Shown here in pieces: positions 44,602 to 53,847 of a stretch of DNA of 64,000 nucleotides. This DNA is from Acidimicrobiales bacterium (lineage in GTDB: Bacteria > Actinomycetota > Acidimicrobiia > Acidimicrobiales > VFJN01). The notes under the pieces are model-generated. The model saw only the letters and a program-made list of their open reading frames with translations, had not been told where the DNA came from and made no database searches. Numbering within the stretch: the first letter of the stretch is position 1; the number at the start of each line of letters is the position of its first letter. The DNA lies in assembly GCA_035265325.1 (NCBI GenBank), contig DATFOS010000172.1:5653-69652 (forward strand). The letters run 5' to 3'. Made by a program: the position numbers and the translations under genes.

Positions 44602-45668
44602 CAGGCGCCCTCGCCCGTCGTTCCGGCGCCGCACAGCCGGCGCAGCACCGCGTCCGCCTCCGCCACGACCCCTTCGACGACCTCGGCCACCGACGGAAGG
44701 GCGTCGATGGTCCCCGCCACCTGGCCGGTGGGCAGGATGCCCGCCTCCAGGTGGCCCTCGACCAGCGCGGCGCGGGTGAGCATCGGCGCGTTGGCGGCCA
44801 TGGCCACCTGCGCCCAGGTCAGTTCGCTCGACCGCCGCATGCCGACACCCTCGCGCACGAGGTCGGCGGCGCCCGTGCCGGTGAGGCGGCGGAGCCGGAA
44901 CGCGTTGCGGACCGCCCGGACCAGGACGGCGGCGCGGGGCCCCCGCTCGAGCCGGTCCACCAGGTCCGTGCGGATGACCCGCTGGGGCTGCCCGTCCACG
45001 GCCGTGGTGACGACCGTGTCGGCCGGCCCAGCGGCCAGGTAGCGCTGCTTCACGGCGTCGGGCACCGTGCTCTCCCGGGTGAGGAGGAAACGCGTGCCCA
45101 TGGCGATCCCGGCCGCGCCCCAGGCGAGGGCGGCGGCCAGGCCCCGCCCGTCCTTGAACCCGCCGGCGGCGAGGACCGGGATGTCCACGGCCGCCGTGAC
45201 CTCGGGCAGCAGCAGGACCGTGGGGATCGCGCCGGTGTGCCCGCCGCCCTCGTGGCCCTGGGCGATGACGGCGTCGACGCCCCAGGCCGCCACCTTCTCG
45301 GCGTGGCGCCGGGCGGCGATCGTGGGCATGGTCCGCACGCCGCCGTCGCGCAGGGACTTGATCAGCCGCTCGTTCGGCGCCGCCGCGAACGACGCCAGCG
45401 CCACGTGCCGGTCGATCAGCAGGTCGGCGATCCGGTCGACCTCGCCGTGGTCGGCCCGCAGGTTGACCCCGAACGGGGCGTCGGTGCGGTCCTTGACCTC
45501 GCCGATGGCCCGGACCAGCTCGTCGAACGTCATCGTGGCCGAGGCGAGGATGCCGAGCCCGCCGGCGGCGGAGGTGGCCGCGGTCAGGCGGGCTCCGGCC
45601 ACCCACCCCATGCCTGTCTGCACCACGGGGTGGCGGATACCGAGCAGGCGGCAGAACGCCGTGTCCAG
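44601..45668 (-). CDS. nitronate monooxygenase family flavoprotein (start codon uncertain)
   Basis: LLGIRHPVVQTGMGW, AQGHEGGGHTG, AAGGFKDGRGLAAALAWGAAGIAMGTRF. No ATG/GTG/TTG lies between the conserved N-terminus and the shadow sequence, so CTG 45668 is given provisionally. Confidence 0.7.
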   Translation of the reverse strand: MDTAFCRLLGIRHPVVQTGMGWVAGARLTAATSAAGGLGILASATMTFDELVRAIGEVKDRTDAPFGVNLRADHGEVDRIADLLIDRHVALASFAAAPNERLIKSLRDGGVRTMPTIAARRHAEKVAAWGVDAVIAQGHEGGGHTGAIPTVLLLPEVTAAVDIPVLAAGGFKDGRGLAAALAWGAAGIAMGTRFLLTRESTVPDAVKQRYLAAGPADTVVTTAVDGQPQRVIRTDLVDRLERGPRAAVLVRAVRNAFRLRRLTGTGAADLVREGVGMRRSSELTWAQVAMAANAPMLTRAALVEGHLEAGILPTGQVAGTIDALPSVAEVVEGVVAEADAVLRRLCGAGTTGEGA

Positions 45669-45746
45669 CGCCGGGTGTGCCGGCGGCCGGGACGGTGGGG
45701 CCTCCTCGCCGGGTGCCCGGCGCCCCGCGTCCGTACGCTCGCCCCC

Positions 45747-46160
45747 GTGCGTGTGTTCGACGGCGCCGACGACCTGCGAGCGGCGGTGGGCCGGCACCTC
45801 GGCCACAGTGGCTGGCTGACGGTGGACCGGGCGCGCGTCGACCGCTTCACCGGCGCCACCGGGGATGGGGCGTCCGGGGACGGCCTCGCCCCCGGCTTCC
45901 TCGTCCTGTCCCTGGTCAACAGCTTCCTGCCCGAGGTCGTGGACGTGCGGGGCTTCGCCATGGGCGTCAACTACGGCGCCGACGGGGTGCGCTTCCCCGC
46001 GCCCGTGCCCATCGGCGCCCGCCTGCGGGGCGGCGTCGAGCTGGCGGCCGTCGACGACGTCCGCGGCGGCGTGCAGGCCACCTGGGTCGTCACGGTCGAG
46101 CGGGACGGCAGCCCCGAGCCGGCCTGCGTCGTCTCGTCCCTCGCCCGCTACCTCGTCTGA
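45747..46160 (+). CDS. MaoC-like (R)-hydratase hotdog-fold protein
   Basis: 137 aa. LTVDRARVDRFTGATGD, FLVLSLV, GVNYGADGVRFPAPVPIGARL. GTG 45747 or 45753. Confidence 0.75.
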   Translation: MRVFDGADDLRAAVGRHLGHSGWLTVDRARVDRFTGATGDGASGDGLAPGFLVLSLVNSFLPEVVDVRGFAMGVNYGADGVRFPAPVPIGARLRGGVELAAVDDVRGGVQATWVVTVERDGSPEPACVVSSLARYLV

Positions 46161-46210
46161 GCCCGCCCGCTCGTCCGGGCGCGGGGCTCCGGCGTCCCGG
46201 TCCGCCGGGC

Positions 46211-47662
46211 TCACGACCCGGCGCCGGCGCCCACGCCGGCGGCGTGACGTCCGGCGCGCCGGCCGAAGAACGTCCCGTCACCCAGCGAGATGCCGCTCAC
46301 GTAGCCCCGCGCGGGGATGCCCGACGTGGTGCGGCCGGCGGCGTAGAGGCCCTCGACCGGACCGCCGTCGAGGTCCAGCACCTGGCCGGTCGGGAGCGTG
46401 TGCAGGCCCCCGAGCGTGAACACGCCGTAGATGCCGCCCCGCAGGTCGATGGCGCCGAACGGCGGCTCGAGCGGCCGGGCCCACTCGGGCGCCTTGTGGA
46501 ACAGCGGGTCCTCGCCCTTCACCGCGTGGCGGTTGTAGAGCTCGACCGTGGCCTGGAGCGACCCCTCCGGGAGGCCCATGTCGTCCTCGAGCTCCGCCAC
46601 CGTCTCCGCGGCCCAGGTGATCTTGAGGAACGAGGGGTTGGCCTCGTAGGTGGCCAGGTCGAGCACGAGGAAGACGTCCTTGTCCTGGCGGAACACCGCG
46701 GCCTGGCCGGCGCGCCCGTGGTACACGTCCTCGTTGATGAAGCGCTGGCCGGCGGCGTTGACCAGCAGCGACGGCATGAGCACGTGGGGCGGCGCCGGGC
46801 AGGACACCTCGGCCGAGTCCATGTGGCGGACGGCGGCGCCGACGGCTTGGGCCATGCGGATGCCGCGCCCGTCGTCGCCGTCGGTGCCGAGCTTGAAGCA
46901 CCGGGGGTCGTCGAGCCACGGCGCGTGCTGCCGGACCATCTCGTCGTTGAAGGAGAAGCCGCCGGCCGTGAGCACGACACCGCCCCGGGCCCGGATCGCC
47001 AGCTCGTCGCCGTAGTGGCGGGCGACCACGCCGACCACGCGGCGGTCGGCGTCCACCACCAGGCGCTGGACCGTGGTGTCGGTGCAGGTGCGGGCGTCGG
47101 TGGCGGCCAGTGCGTCGATCAGCGCCTCCATCAGCTTGACGCCCGAGCGCTGCTCGACCTGGGGGCAGTGCCCGCGCGGCACCGGCGGGGCGACGGTGGA
47201 GAACGGCCAGGCCGTCTCGCCGCCCGAGAGCTGCAGCCCGTCGTCGGTGAGGACCTCGTAGACGGGCGCCTCGTGGTAGCTGCCCTTGAAGGGGACGCCG
47301 TGGGCCACCAGCCAATCGAAGTGCTCGAGGCTGCCGTCGCAGTACTCCCGCACCTTTACCTCGTCGGCGTCGGGGCCGCAGGCGGCCATGAGGAAGCGGA
47401 ACATGTCCTCGGCCGTGTCGGTGAAGCCGCAGGCCTCCTGCACGGGGGTGCCGCCGCCCAGGTAGATGGACCCGCCGGCCATCGCCGACGCCCCTCCCCC
47501 GGCGCTCGCCCGCTCCAGCACGACCACCCGGGCGCCCGCCTCGGCCGCCTCGAGGGCGGCGCTGGCGCCGGCGCAGCCGAGGCCCACGACGACGACGTCG
47601 GCCTCGTCGTCCCAGCGGCCCACCTCCGCGGCGGGGACGGGCCGGACCGAGTCGGCGCTCAC
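46211..47662 (-). CDS. FAD-dependent 3-oxosteroid dehydrogenase, delta4(5alpha)-type (Kst4D/TesI-like)
   Basis: DVVVVGLGCAGASAALEAA FAD motif, GGSIYLGGGTPVQEACGF, VVLTAGGFSFN, FTLGGL. Resembles recalled Rhodococcus Kst4D. GTGA overlap with the upstream gene. Confidence 0.7.
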   Translation of the reverse strand: MSADSVRPVPAAEVGRWDDEADVVVVGLGCAGASAALEAAEAGARVVVLERASAGGGASAMAGGSIYLGGGTPVQEACGFTDTAEDMFRFLMAACGPDADEVKVREYCDGSLEHFDWLVAHGVPFKGSYHEAPVYEVLTDDGLQLSGGETAWPFSTVAPPVPRGHCPQVEQRSGVKLMEALIDALAATDARTCTDTTVQRLVVDADRRVVGVVARHYGDELAIRARGGVVLTAGGFSFNDEMVRQHAPWLDDPRCFKLGTDGDDGRGIRMAQAVGAAVRHMDSAEVSCPAPPHVLMPSLLVNAAGQRFINEDVYHGRAGQAAVFRQDKDVFLVLDLATYEANPSFLKITWAAETVAELEDDMGLPEGSLQATVELYNRHAVKGEDPLFHKAPEWARPLEPPFGAIDLRGGIYGVFTLGGLHTLPTGQVLDLDGGPVEGLYAAGRTTSGIPARGYVSGISLGDGTFFGRRAGRHAAGVGAGAGS

Positions 47663-48066
47663 CCCACGACCCGGGCGTCGTCGAACTGCCAGAACGCCCG
47701 CAGGGCGGCCAGGCGCCCGTCGTCGGCGATCCGGTAGGTGTAGACGCCCTCCACCGCCACGTCGGTGCCGTCGGGCAGCGTGGTGGTGATCGTGCCGACG
47801 TTCGCGCACTCGGGGCCTGCCGCGTACGACTCGCGGATCGTGAAGCGGATGGTGTTGCCGGCGATCACCGTGTCCCAGAAGGCGGCGATGGCCTCGGGCC
47901 CCTGGTGGCCGTGGCCCTCGGGGTCGAAGGGCGACGGCCCGATCGGGTCGGCGACCACGGCGTCGTCGGCGAAGCCGGCCAACCAGGCGGCGCGGTCGCC
48001 GGCCTCGGCGGCCGTCATCGAGTGGATCGACGCCGCCCGGGCCGGGTGCTCGGCGTAGCCCTCCAT
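47659..48066 (-). CDS. NTF2/SnoaL-fold ketosteroid-isomerase-like protein
   Basis: FADDAVVADPIGPSP...PEAIAAFW resembles the KSI ADDATVEDPFG...IAAFY segment and the Asp is conserved. The oxyanion Tyr is not obvious. ATG 48066 or 48018. Confidence 0.65.
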   Translation of the reverse strand: MEGYAEHPARAASIHSMTAAEAGDRAAWLAGFADDAVVADPIGPSPFDPEGHGHQGPEAIAAFWDTVIAGNTIRFTIRESYAAGPECANVGTITTTLPDGTDVAVEGVYTYRIADDGRLAALRAFWQFDDARVVG

Positions 48067-48215
48067 GCCCTCCACGTGCGGACCTCCCCGTCCCTGCCGG
48101 GCCCCGGGCCCGGCTCGGGCCGACGGTAAACCGCCCCCGGTGTCGCGTCGCCGCCCGCCACCACGCCCGGACCGCCAGGTGGGACGCGCCTGACCCCGCC
48201 GGGGCGGCCTCGTGC

Positions 48216-48229
48216 GGGACATGGTTCCC
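48216..48229. promoter_or_regulatory. weak distal DosR-type box
   Basis: GGGACATGGTTCCC matches 11 of 14 positions of the local consensus. Confidence 0.25.
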
Positions 48230-48329
48230 ACCTCTCGCGAGCGCGGCACCGAACCCGCCGGTACCGTGCATTCCGCCAGCGTTGATCGCCCCACGTGCGG
48301 CCCGGCAGGGTCGTTGCGACGAGCGAACC

Positions 48330-48343
48330 GGGACCAAGGTCCC
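48330..48343. promoter_or_regulatory. DosR/DevR-type box upstream of the GNAT-USP gene
   Basis: GGGACCAAGGTCCC matches the GGGAC-N4-GTCCC core of the DosR consensus. It lies 59 nt upstream of ATG 48403. Confidence 0.6.
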
Positions 48344-48402
48344 TGTCGCGGCCGCCGTGCCCGCCCCACGCTGGGGGCGATCGCGATGTAGGAGGTGCAA
48401 CG

Positions 48403-49761
48403 ATGCCGACGACGTTCGGGACGCCCGCCGGTTCCCGCCAACTCGAGGTGCGGCCGCTCGACGACGAGGACGTCGGGCAACTGGACGCCCTGTGCCAGCG
48501 CCAGTCGTCCGACAGCCTCCGGCGGCAGTTCTTCGACCCCGCGCCGCCGACGCGCGACCGCCTCGACCGCCTCACGGCGCATGACGACGGTCGCGGGGTT
48601 GCCATCGTCGCCCTCGCCGGCGGCACGCTCGTCGGTGCCGCCCGCTACGACCGCGTCGATGCCGGCGACAGCGCCGAAGCCTGGGTGTTCGTCGACGAGG
48701 CCGTCGCCGACCCGGAGGTCGACGTCCGGCTCCTGACCGAACTCGCCCGCATCGCCCGGGAGGCCGGTATCCGCCGCCTGCTCGTCGAGGTGCACCCGCT
48801 GGACCGCGAGCTGCTCGAGACGCTCGACGCCACCCCGCTCCACACCGAGCGGCACCTCCACTGCGGCATCGTCACGGTCACCGTCCACCTGGACCCGGCG
48901 GCGTCTCGCGCCCGCCCCCAGGGTGGGGACCCGGCGGCCCTGCTCTGTCGCAGCGTCCTGGTCCCCGTCGACTGTTCGCCGTTCGCCGAGAAGGCCGTCG
49001 CCGCCGGCGACTGGCTCGCCCGCCGGCTCGGCGCCGAGCTGCACGTCGCCACCGGCGTGCTCGCCCACGACCCCTGGTGGGACGACCGCTACCTGGCCCG
49101 CATCCGGTCCACCTACCGGCGGGCGCAGACCCACCTGTGGACGCACTCGGACATCGCGGGCGGCGTCGCCCGCCTCGCCGACGACATCGGCCCCACCGTG
49201 CTCTGCGCCGCCACCCACGGCCGCTCCCGGAGCGCGTCGGTCGTCGGCTCGACCTTCCTCGCCATGGCCCGGGCGACCGACGTCCCGGTCGTCGCCGTGG
49301 GCCAGGAGGCCCGCCCGCCCCAGGCAGCCGACCTCCCGATCGTGGCCTGCGTCGACGGCAGCCTCGCGTCGGAGTCCGTCCTGCCCGGGGCCGCCACCTG
49401 GGCCCGCCGCCTCGGCGTGCCGCTGGACCTCGTCACGGTGGCCGACGCGGACGGCGGCCCGGACGCCGAGCCGGTCCGCTTCGGCGGCGCCCGGCGGGAC
49501 GCGGCGGAGTACCTGGAGGAGCTGCTCGCCGGCCCCGAGCTCGCCGGGCTGACCGCCAAGTCCGAGGTGCTCTCCGACCGTGTGGCGCCGCACCACGCCA
49601 TCGCCGACCGGCTCGCCCGCCGGCCGGCCACACTCGTCGCCCTGGCATCGCGCGCCCGCACGGGCCTGGGGCGCATGCTCGTCGGCAGCGAGGCGGCCCG
49701 CATCATCCAGGCCAGCCCCGTGCCCGTCCTGGTGCACCGGGTCGTCGGCGGCGGCGCCTGA
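48403..49761 (+). CDS. Pat-type GNAT domain fused to two universal stress protein (USP) domains
   Basis: N-terminal LEVRPLDDEDV...LRRQFF...VGAARYDRV...AEAWVFV (Pat-like GNAT), then two USP-like units (VLVPVDCSP...VPVVAVG and IVACVDGS...VPVLVHR). GGAGGTG RBS. DosR-type box 59 nt upstream. Confidence 0.75.
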   Translation: MPTTFGTPAGSRQLEVRPLDDEDVGQLDALCQRQSSDSLRRQFFDPAPPTRDRLDRLTAHDDGRGVAIVALAGGTLVGAARYDRVDAGDSAEAWVFVDEAVADPEVDVRLLTELARIAREAGIRRLLVEVHPLDRELLETLDATPLHTERHLHCGIVTVTVHLDPAASRARPQGGDPAALLCRSVLVPVDCSPFAEKAVAAGDWLARRLGAELHVATGVLAHDPWWDDRYLARIRSTYRRAQTHLWTHSDIAGGVARLADDIGPTVLCAATHGRSRSASVVGSTFLAMARATDVPVVAVGQEARPPQAADLPIVACVDGSLASESVLPGAATWARRLGVPLDLVTVADADGGPDAEPVRFGGARRDAAEYLEELLAGPELAGLTAKSEVLSDRVAPHHAIADRLARRPATLVALASRARTGLGRMLVGSEAARIIQASPVPVLVHRVVGGGA

Positions 49762-49798
49762 CCGGGCCACGGCGTCGGCCGCGACGATCGGCAGCGCC

Positions 49799-50860
49799 AT
49801 GGACGTCCGCAGCCGCCGCGTCGCCTGGGCGCTCGGCGCCCTCGCGCTCGTCGTCCCGCTCGGCGTCGTCCTCGCCCGGGGCGGAGGCGGGGACGACGGC
49901 GAGGGAGGGCCGACGGACGGGCCGCCATCCACCGGCGCTTCGCTCACGACGTTCCCCCTGCTCGGCACGGCCGGGGACGCGCCGGACCGGCCGGCCCTGG
50001 CCGTCAAGCTCGACAACACGTCCAGCGGGCGGCCGCAGTCGGGGCTGGACGGCGCCGACGTCGTGGTCGAGGAGGTCGTCGAGGGCGGGCTGACGCGTCT
50101 CCTCGCCGTCTTCCACTCGCAGGTCCCCGACACGGTCGGCCCGGTCCGGTCGGCCCGCTCGACCGACATCCCGCTGCTGGCCGAGCTGGGGCGGCCCCTG
50201 TTCGCCTGGTCCGGCGCCAACCCGACCTTCGCCGCCGCCGTGCACGCCGCCGACCTGGTCGACGTGGGCGCCGCCGCGGCGCCCGACGCCTATCGGCGAA
50301 GTGACGACCGCAGCGCCCCGTACAACCTGTACGCGTCGCCCGAGCTCCTGTGGGCCGCAGGCGAGGCGAGTGACCCCGACGCCGGCCCGCCGGACGCCCT
50401 GTTCACCTACCGGGCGGCGGGGGCGGCGCTCCCGCCCGACGCCGAGCCCGCCGGCGGGTTCGCCGCGAACGGCGGGGACGGCCTCGCCACGGACGTCCGC
50501 TGGACGTGGGACGGCACCAGCGACCAGTGGGCCCGGGCCCAGGACGGCACGGCCCACGTGGACGCTGACGGCACGCAGGCCCACGCCACCAACGTCGTGG
50601 TCCGCTTCACGCCCTACCGAGACAGCGGTGTCCGGGACTCCACCGGCGCCGTCGTCCCCGAGGCCGCCAGCGTCGGCGAGGGCGACGCCTGGCTGCTCAC
50701 CGACGGGCACCTCCGGCGCGGTCGCTGGCACAAGGCCGACGCCGAGGCCCCCACCACCTACACCGCCCTCGACGGATCGGCGCTCGAGCTCACGCCCGGC
50801 CCGACGTGGGTCGAGATCCTCCCTCCGGGCTCCGGCGACGTCGTCGCCAGCGAGCCGTGA
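49799..50860 (+). CDS. DUF3048 domain protein with N-terminal signal/anchor
   Basis: RPQSGLDGADVVVEEVVEGGLTRLLAVFHSQ hallmark. Hydrophobic N-terminus WALGALALVVPLGVVLA. Confidence 0.75.
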   Translation: MDVRSRRVAWALGALALVVPLGVVLARGGGGDDGEGGPTDGPPSTGASLTTFPLLGTAGDAPDRPALAVKLDNTSSGRPQSGLDGADVVVEEVVEGGLTRLLAVFHSQVPDTVGPVRSARSTDIPLLAELGRPLFAWSGANPTFAAAVHAADLVDVGAAAAPDAYRRSDDRSAPYNLYASPELLWAAGEASDPDAGPPDALFTYRAAGAALPPDAEPAGGFAANGGDGLATDVRWTWDGTSDQWARAQDGTAHVDADGTQAHATNVVVRFTPYRDSGVRDSTGAVVPEAASVGEGDAWLLTDGHLRRGRWHKADAEAPTTYTALDGSALELTPGPTWVEILPPGSGDVVASEP

Positions 50861-51014
50861 CCCGCTCACAGGATGCCAGGTGATGTCGCCTTAACTCGGC
50901 GCCGACATGGTCGTCTGGTCGGGGGCGCCGGCCTGACCGGGGCCGAGGGAGGGCGGGCGCCTGGGCGGGGGGGACCCGGGCGCCGGGTCGCCCGCGGCGT
51001 ACGATCGGCGGCCC

Positions 51015-52316
51015 ATGGCCGGCCGGTACCCGAATCGCGTCCCCGACCACGACGTCCGGCTCGCCCGACTGCGGGAGTGGCTGAACACGGGCCTGTGGTT
51101 CCTGCCCATGGTGTGGGCGTTCGCCTCGATGGCGGCCGCCCTGGCGCTGGTGGCGGTGGACCGGCGGCTGGGCGGCGACGACCCCAGCTGGCTCGTATTC
51201 GGGCGGGGCGTCGACAGCGCCCGCCAGGTCCTCGCCGTCATCTCCGGCTCGACGATCGCCTTCACCGGGACCGTCTTCTCCATCACGATCGTCGCCCTCC
51301 AGCTGGCCAGCACGCAGTTCTCGCCGCGGGTGCTGCGCACGTTCCTGCGGGACCGGGCCACCCAGCACTGCTTCGGCACCTTCGTCGCCACCGCCCTGTA
51401 CTCGCTGATGGTCCTGCGCGAGGTCGGCACGCCTGGCCTCGAGGTGCCCGGGCTCGCCATCTCGGGCGCCTTCGTGCTGATCGTCGGCAGCGTCTTCGCC
51501 TTCGTGTTCCTGGTCCACCACGTCGCCCAGTCGGTGCGGGCGGTGTCGATCATCGACGCCGTGGCCTCCGAGACCCGGGCCTCGGTCGAGGCGAATCATC
51601 CGGCCGCGGCGGCCGACCCGTTCGCCGGCGCCGCGGCGCCCGCCGCGCCGCCCCGCCAGGTGATCGGCCTGGACCACGGGCCCGGCGTCCTGCTCGGCGT
51701 GGACGAGGACAACCTGGTCGCCGTGGCGCGCCGCCACGACTGCGTGCTTCAGGTCGTTCCCACGGTCGGCGACTTCGTGCCGACCGGAGCGCCGGTGGTC
51801 CGCGTCCACGGCTACACCGACGTCCCCCCCGGCGCGGTGCTCGACCACGTCGGGATCGGGCCCGAGCGCACGCTCTACCAGGACACGGCCTTCGGCATCC
51901 GCCAGCTCGTCGACATGGCCGAGAAGGCGCTCTCCCCCGCCGTCAATGACCCGACCACGGCCGTGCAGTGCCTCGACCGCATCCACGACATCCTCCGCCG
52001 CCTCGCCCCACGGCCGCTCGCCTCCGGCCGCTACGGCGACGAGGACGGCCGCCTGCGCCTCGTCGTCCCCCAGGCGAGCTGGGACGACTACGTCCACCTG
52101 GGCTTCGACGAGATCCGGCACTTCGGCATCGGCTCGATCCAGGTGCCGCGGCGCATGCGGGCCGCCCTCGACGACCTCCTCACCGTCGTCCCGCCCGACC
52201 GCCGGGCGGTGGTGGAGAGCCAGCTCGCGGCGCTCGACCGGGCCGTCGACCGCACCTACGCCGAGCCCGACGAGCGCGCCCGGGCCATGGCATCCGACCT
52301 GCAGGGCATCCGCTGA
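51015..52316 (+). CDS. DUF2254 domain membrane protein
   Basis: Four predicted TM segments and the hallmark QLASTQFSPRVLRTFLRD. Confidence 0.8.
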   Translation: MAGRYPNRVPDHDVRLARLREWLNTGLWFLPMVWAFASMAAALALVAVDRRLGGDDPSWLVFGRGVDSARQVLAVISGSTIAFTGTVFSITIVALQLASTQFSPRVLRTFLRDRATQHCFGTFVATALYSLMVLREVGTPGLEVPGLAISGAFVLIVGSVFAFVFLVHHVAQSVRAVSIIDAVASETRASVEANHPAAAADPFAGAAAPAAPPRQVIGLDHGPGVLLGVDEDNLVAVARRHDCVLQVVPTVGDFVPTGAPVVRVHGYTDVPPGAVLDHVGIGPERTLYQDTAFGIRQLVDMAEKALSPAVNDPTTAVQCLDRIHDILRRLAPRPLASGRYGDEDGRLRLVVPQASWDDYVHLGFDEIRHFGIGSIQVPRRMRAALDDLLTVVPPDRRAVVESQLAALDRAVDRTYAEPDERARAMASDLQGIR

Positions 52317-52350
52317 CCGGCGCCGGCGCCGGCTGCGGTCTGGCCAGGCC

Positions 52351-53298
52351 TCAGGCGCCGACGGCGGTGCAGGCCGCGCGGATGGCGTCGGCGGACGCGC
52401 GGAGGGCGGCGTGCTCCGCCGCGTCGACGGGGAGGTCGAGATGGGCCTCGACCCCGTTGCGCCCGACGATCGTCGGCACCGACATGCAGACGTCGCCGAT
52501 GCCGAGCCAGTCGGTCAGGTACGACGTGACGGGGAGGACCCGGCGCTCGTTGCGGGCGACCGCCTCGATGACGCGGGCGGCGACCACGCCGATGGCGAAG
52601 TTGGTGGCGCCCTTCCCGGCGATGATGGCGTAGGCGGCCCGGCGGACGTCGTCGAGCATCCGGCGCCGCTCGTCCTGGTCGGGCGCGCCGCCGAGGGCGT
52701 CGCCCCACCGGTCCAGGGGGACGCCGCCGATCGTGGCGGTCGACCACAGCGCCACCTCGCTGTCGCCGTGCTCGCCCAGCACGTAGGCGTGGACGTTCTG
52801 CACGGCGACCCCGCAGCGACGGGCCAGGAGCTCGCGCAGGCGGCTGCTGTCGAGGACGGTGCCGGTGCCGATGACGAGCGCTGGGTCGAGGCCGCTGCAG
52901 CCCAGCGTCGCCCGGGCGACCACGTCGACCGGGTTGGTGACCACCAGGAGCAGGGCGCCGGGCGAGCCCGCCACCAGCTCGGGGACCAGTTCCCGGCACA
53001 TGCGGGCGTTGTCGGCGGCGAGGTCCATCCGGGTCTGGCCGGGTCGCTGCCGGGCGCCCGCCGCCAGCACGATGACGTCGGACCCGGCGCAGTCGCCCAG
53101 GGCCAGGGCGGGGTGCACGGTCGCCATCTGGGCGAACTGGACGCCGTGGGCGAGGTCGAGGGCCTGCGCCGTCGCCTTGGCCGCGTCGACGTCGTAGAGG
53201 ACCATGTCGTCGGCGGCCCCGCGCAGCAGGCAGGCGTAGGCGACCGTCGCCCCCACGCTCCCGGCCCCGACGACGGCGATCCGCACGGCCCCGAGCAT
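52351..53298 (-). CDS. ldh: L-lactate dehydrogenase
   Basis: VVGAGSVGATVAY, VTNPVDV, LGEHGDSEV signature. Confidence 0.85.
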   Translation of the reverse strand: MLGAVRIAVVGAGSVGATVAYACLLRGAADDMVLYDVDAAKATAQALDLAHGVQFAQMATVHPALALGDCAGSDVIVLAAGARQRPGQTRMDLAADNARMCRELVPELVAGSPGALLLVVTNPVDVVARATLGCSGLDPALVIGTGTVLDSSRLRELLARRCGVAVQNVHAYVLGEHGDSEVALWSTATIGGVPLDRWGDALGGAPDQDERRRMLDDVRRAAYAIIAGKGATNFAIGVVAARVIEAVARNERRVLPVTSYLTDWLGIGDVCMSVPTIVGRNGVEAHLDLPVDAAEHAALRASADAIRAACTAVGA

Positions 53299-53370
53299 GC
53301 CCCACGCCGGCGGTGCCGTGACGCATGCGGGGGTACCGCAACGGGGCCGGACCGGGCAGGCTGGGCGGTG

Positions 53371-53847
53371 ATGGGAACGAAGGACCCGCACCGCGACGTC
53401 GAGTACCTCGGCCGGGCCGAGTGCTGGGCACTCCTCGAGCAGGCCAAGGTCGGCCGCCTGGCTGTGATCCTCGACGACACGCCCGTCATCTTCCCGGTGA
53501 ACCACGTGGTCGAGTGGGACGCCGTCCTGGTGCGCTGCGACCCGGGCGGGAAGCTGGCGGGCCTCTACGAGGGCGCCCCGGTCAGCTACGAGATCGACGA
53601 GCTCGACCCCGACGGCCGCGGCGGCTGGAGCGTCCAGGCCAAGGGCCGGGCGCACCCGATGCACGACCCGTGGGACCGCGACGCCACGCCCGACCCGGTC
53701 GCCGACCGCCGGCCCCGCTGGGTCCGCATCGCCGTGACCGACCTGACCGGGCGCCGGCTGCGCCGCTCCGCCGCCGAGGCCTGGGTCGACGACACCGGTG
53801 ACTTCGTCGTCGAGGCCAAGCTCGGCCCCGACTGGGCCGGCGACTGA
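53371..53847 (+). CDS. pyridoxamine 5'-phosphate oxidase (PPOX) family FMN/F420-binding protein
   Basis: ECWALLEQAKVGRLAVILDDTPVIFPVNHVV, GGWSVQAKGRA. PPOX class pattern. Confidence 0.75.
   Translation: MGTKDPHRDVEYLGRAECWALLEQAKVGRLAVILDDTPVIFPVNHVVEWDAVLVRCDPGGKLAGLYEGAPVSYEIDELDPDGRGGWSVQAKGRAHPMHDPWDRDATPDPVADRRPRWVRIAVTDLTGRRLRRSAAEAWVDDTGDFVVEAKLGPDWAGD

Noticed and set aside
48072-48300. 10-bp direct repeat CCACGTGCGG at 48072-48081 and 48291-48300 in the long intergenic region.
   Set aside because: In a 337-nt GC-rich region one exact 10-mer repeat has a non-trivial chance probability. I saw no further copies, and the DosR-type boxes explain the region better.
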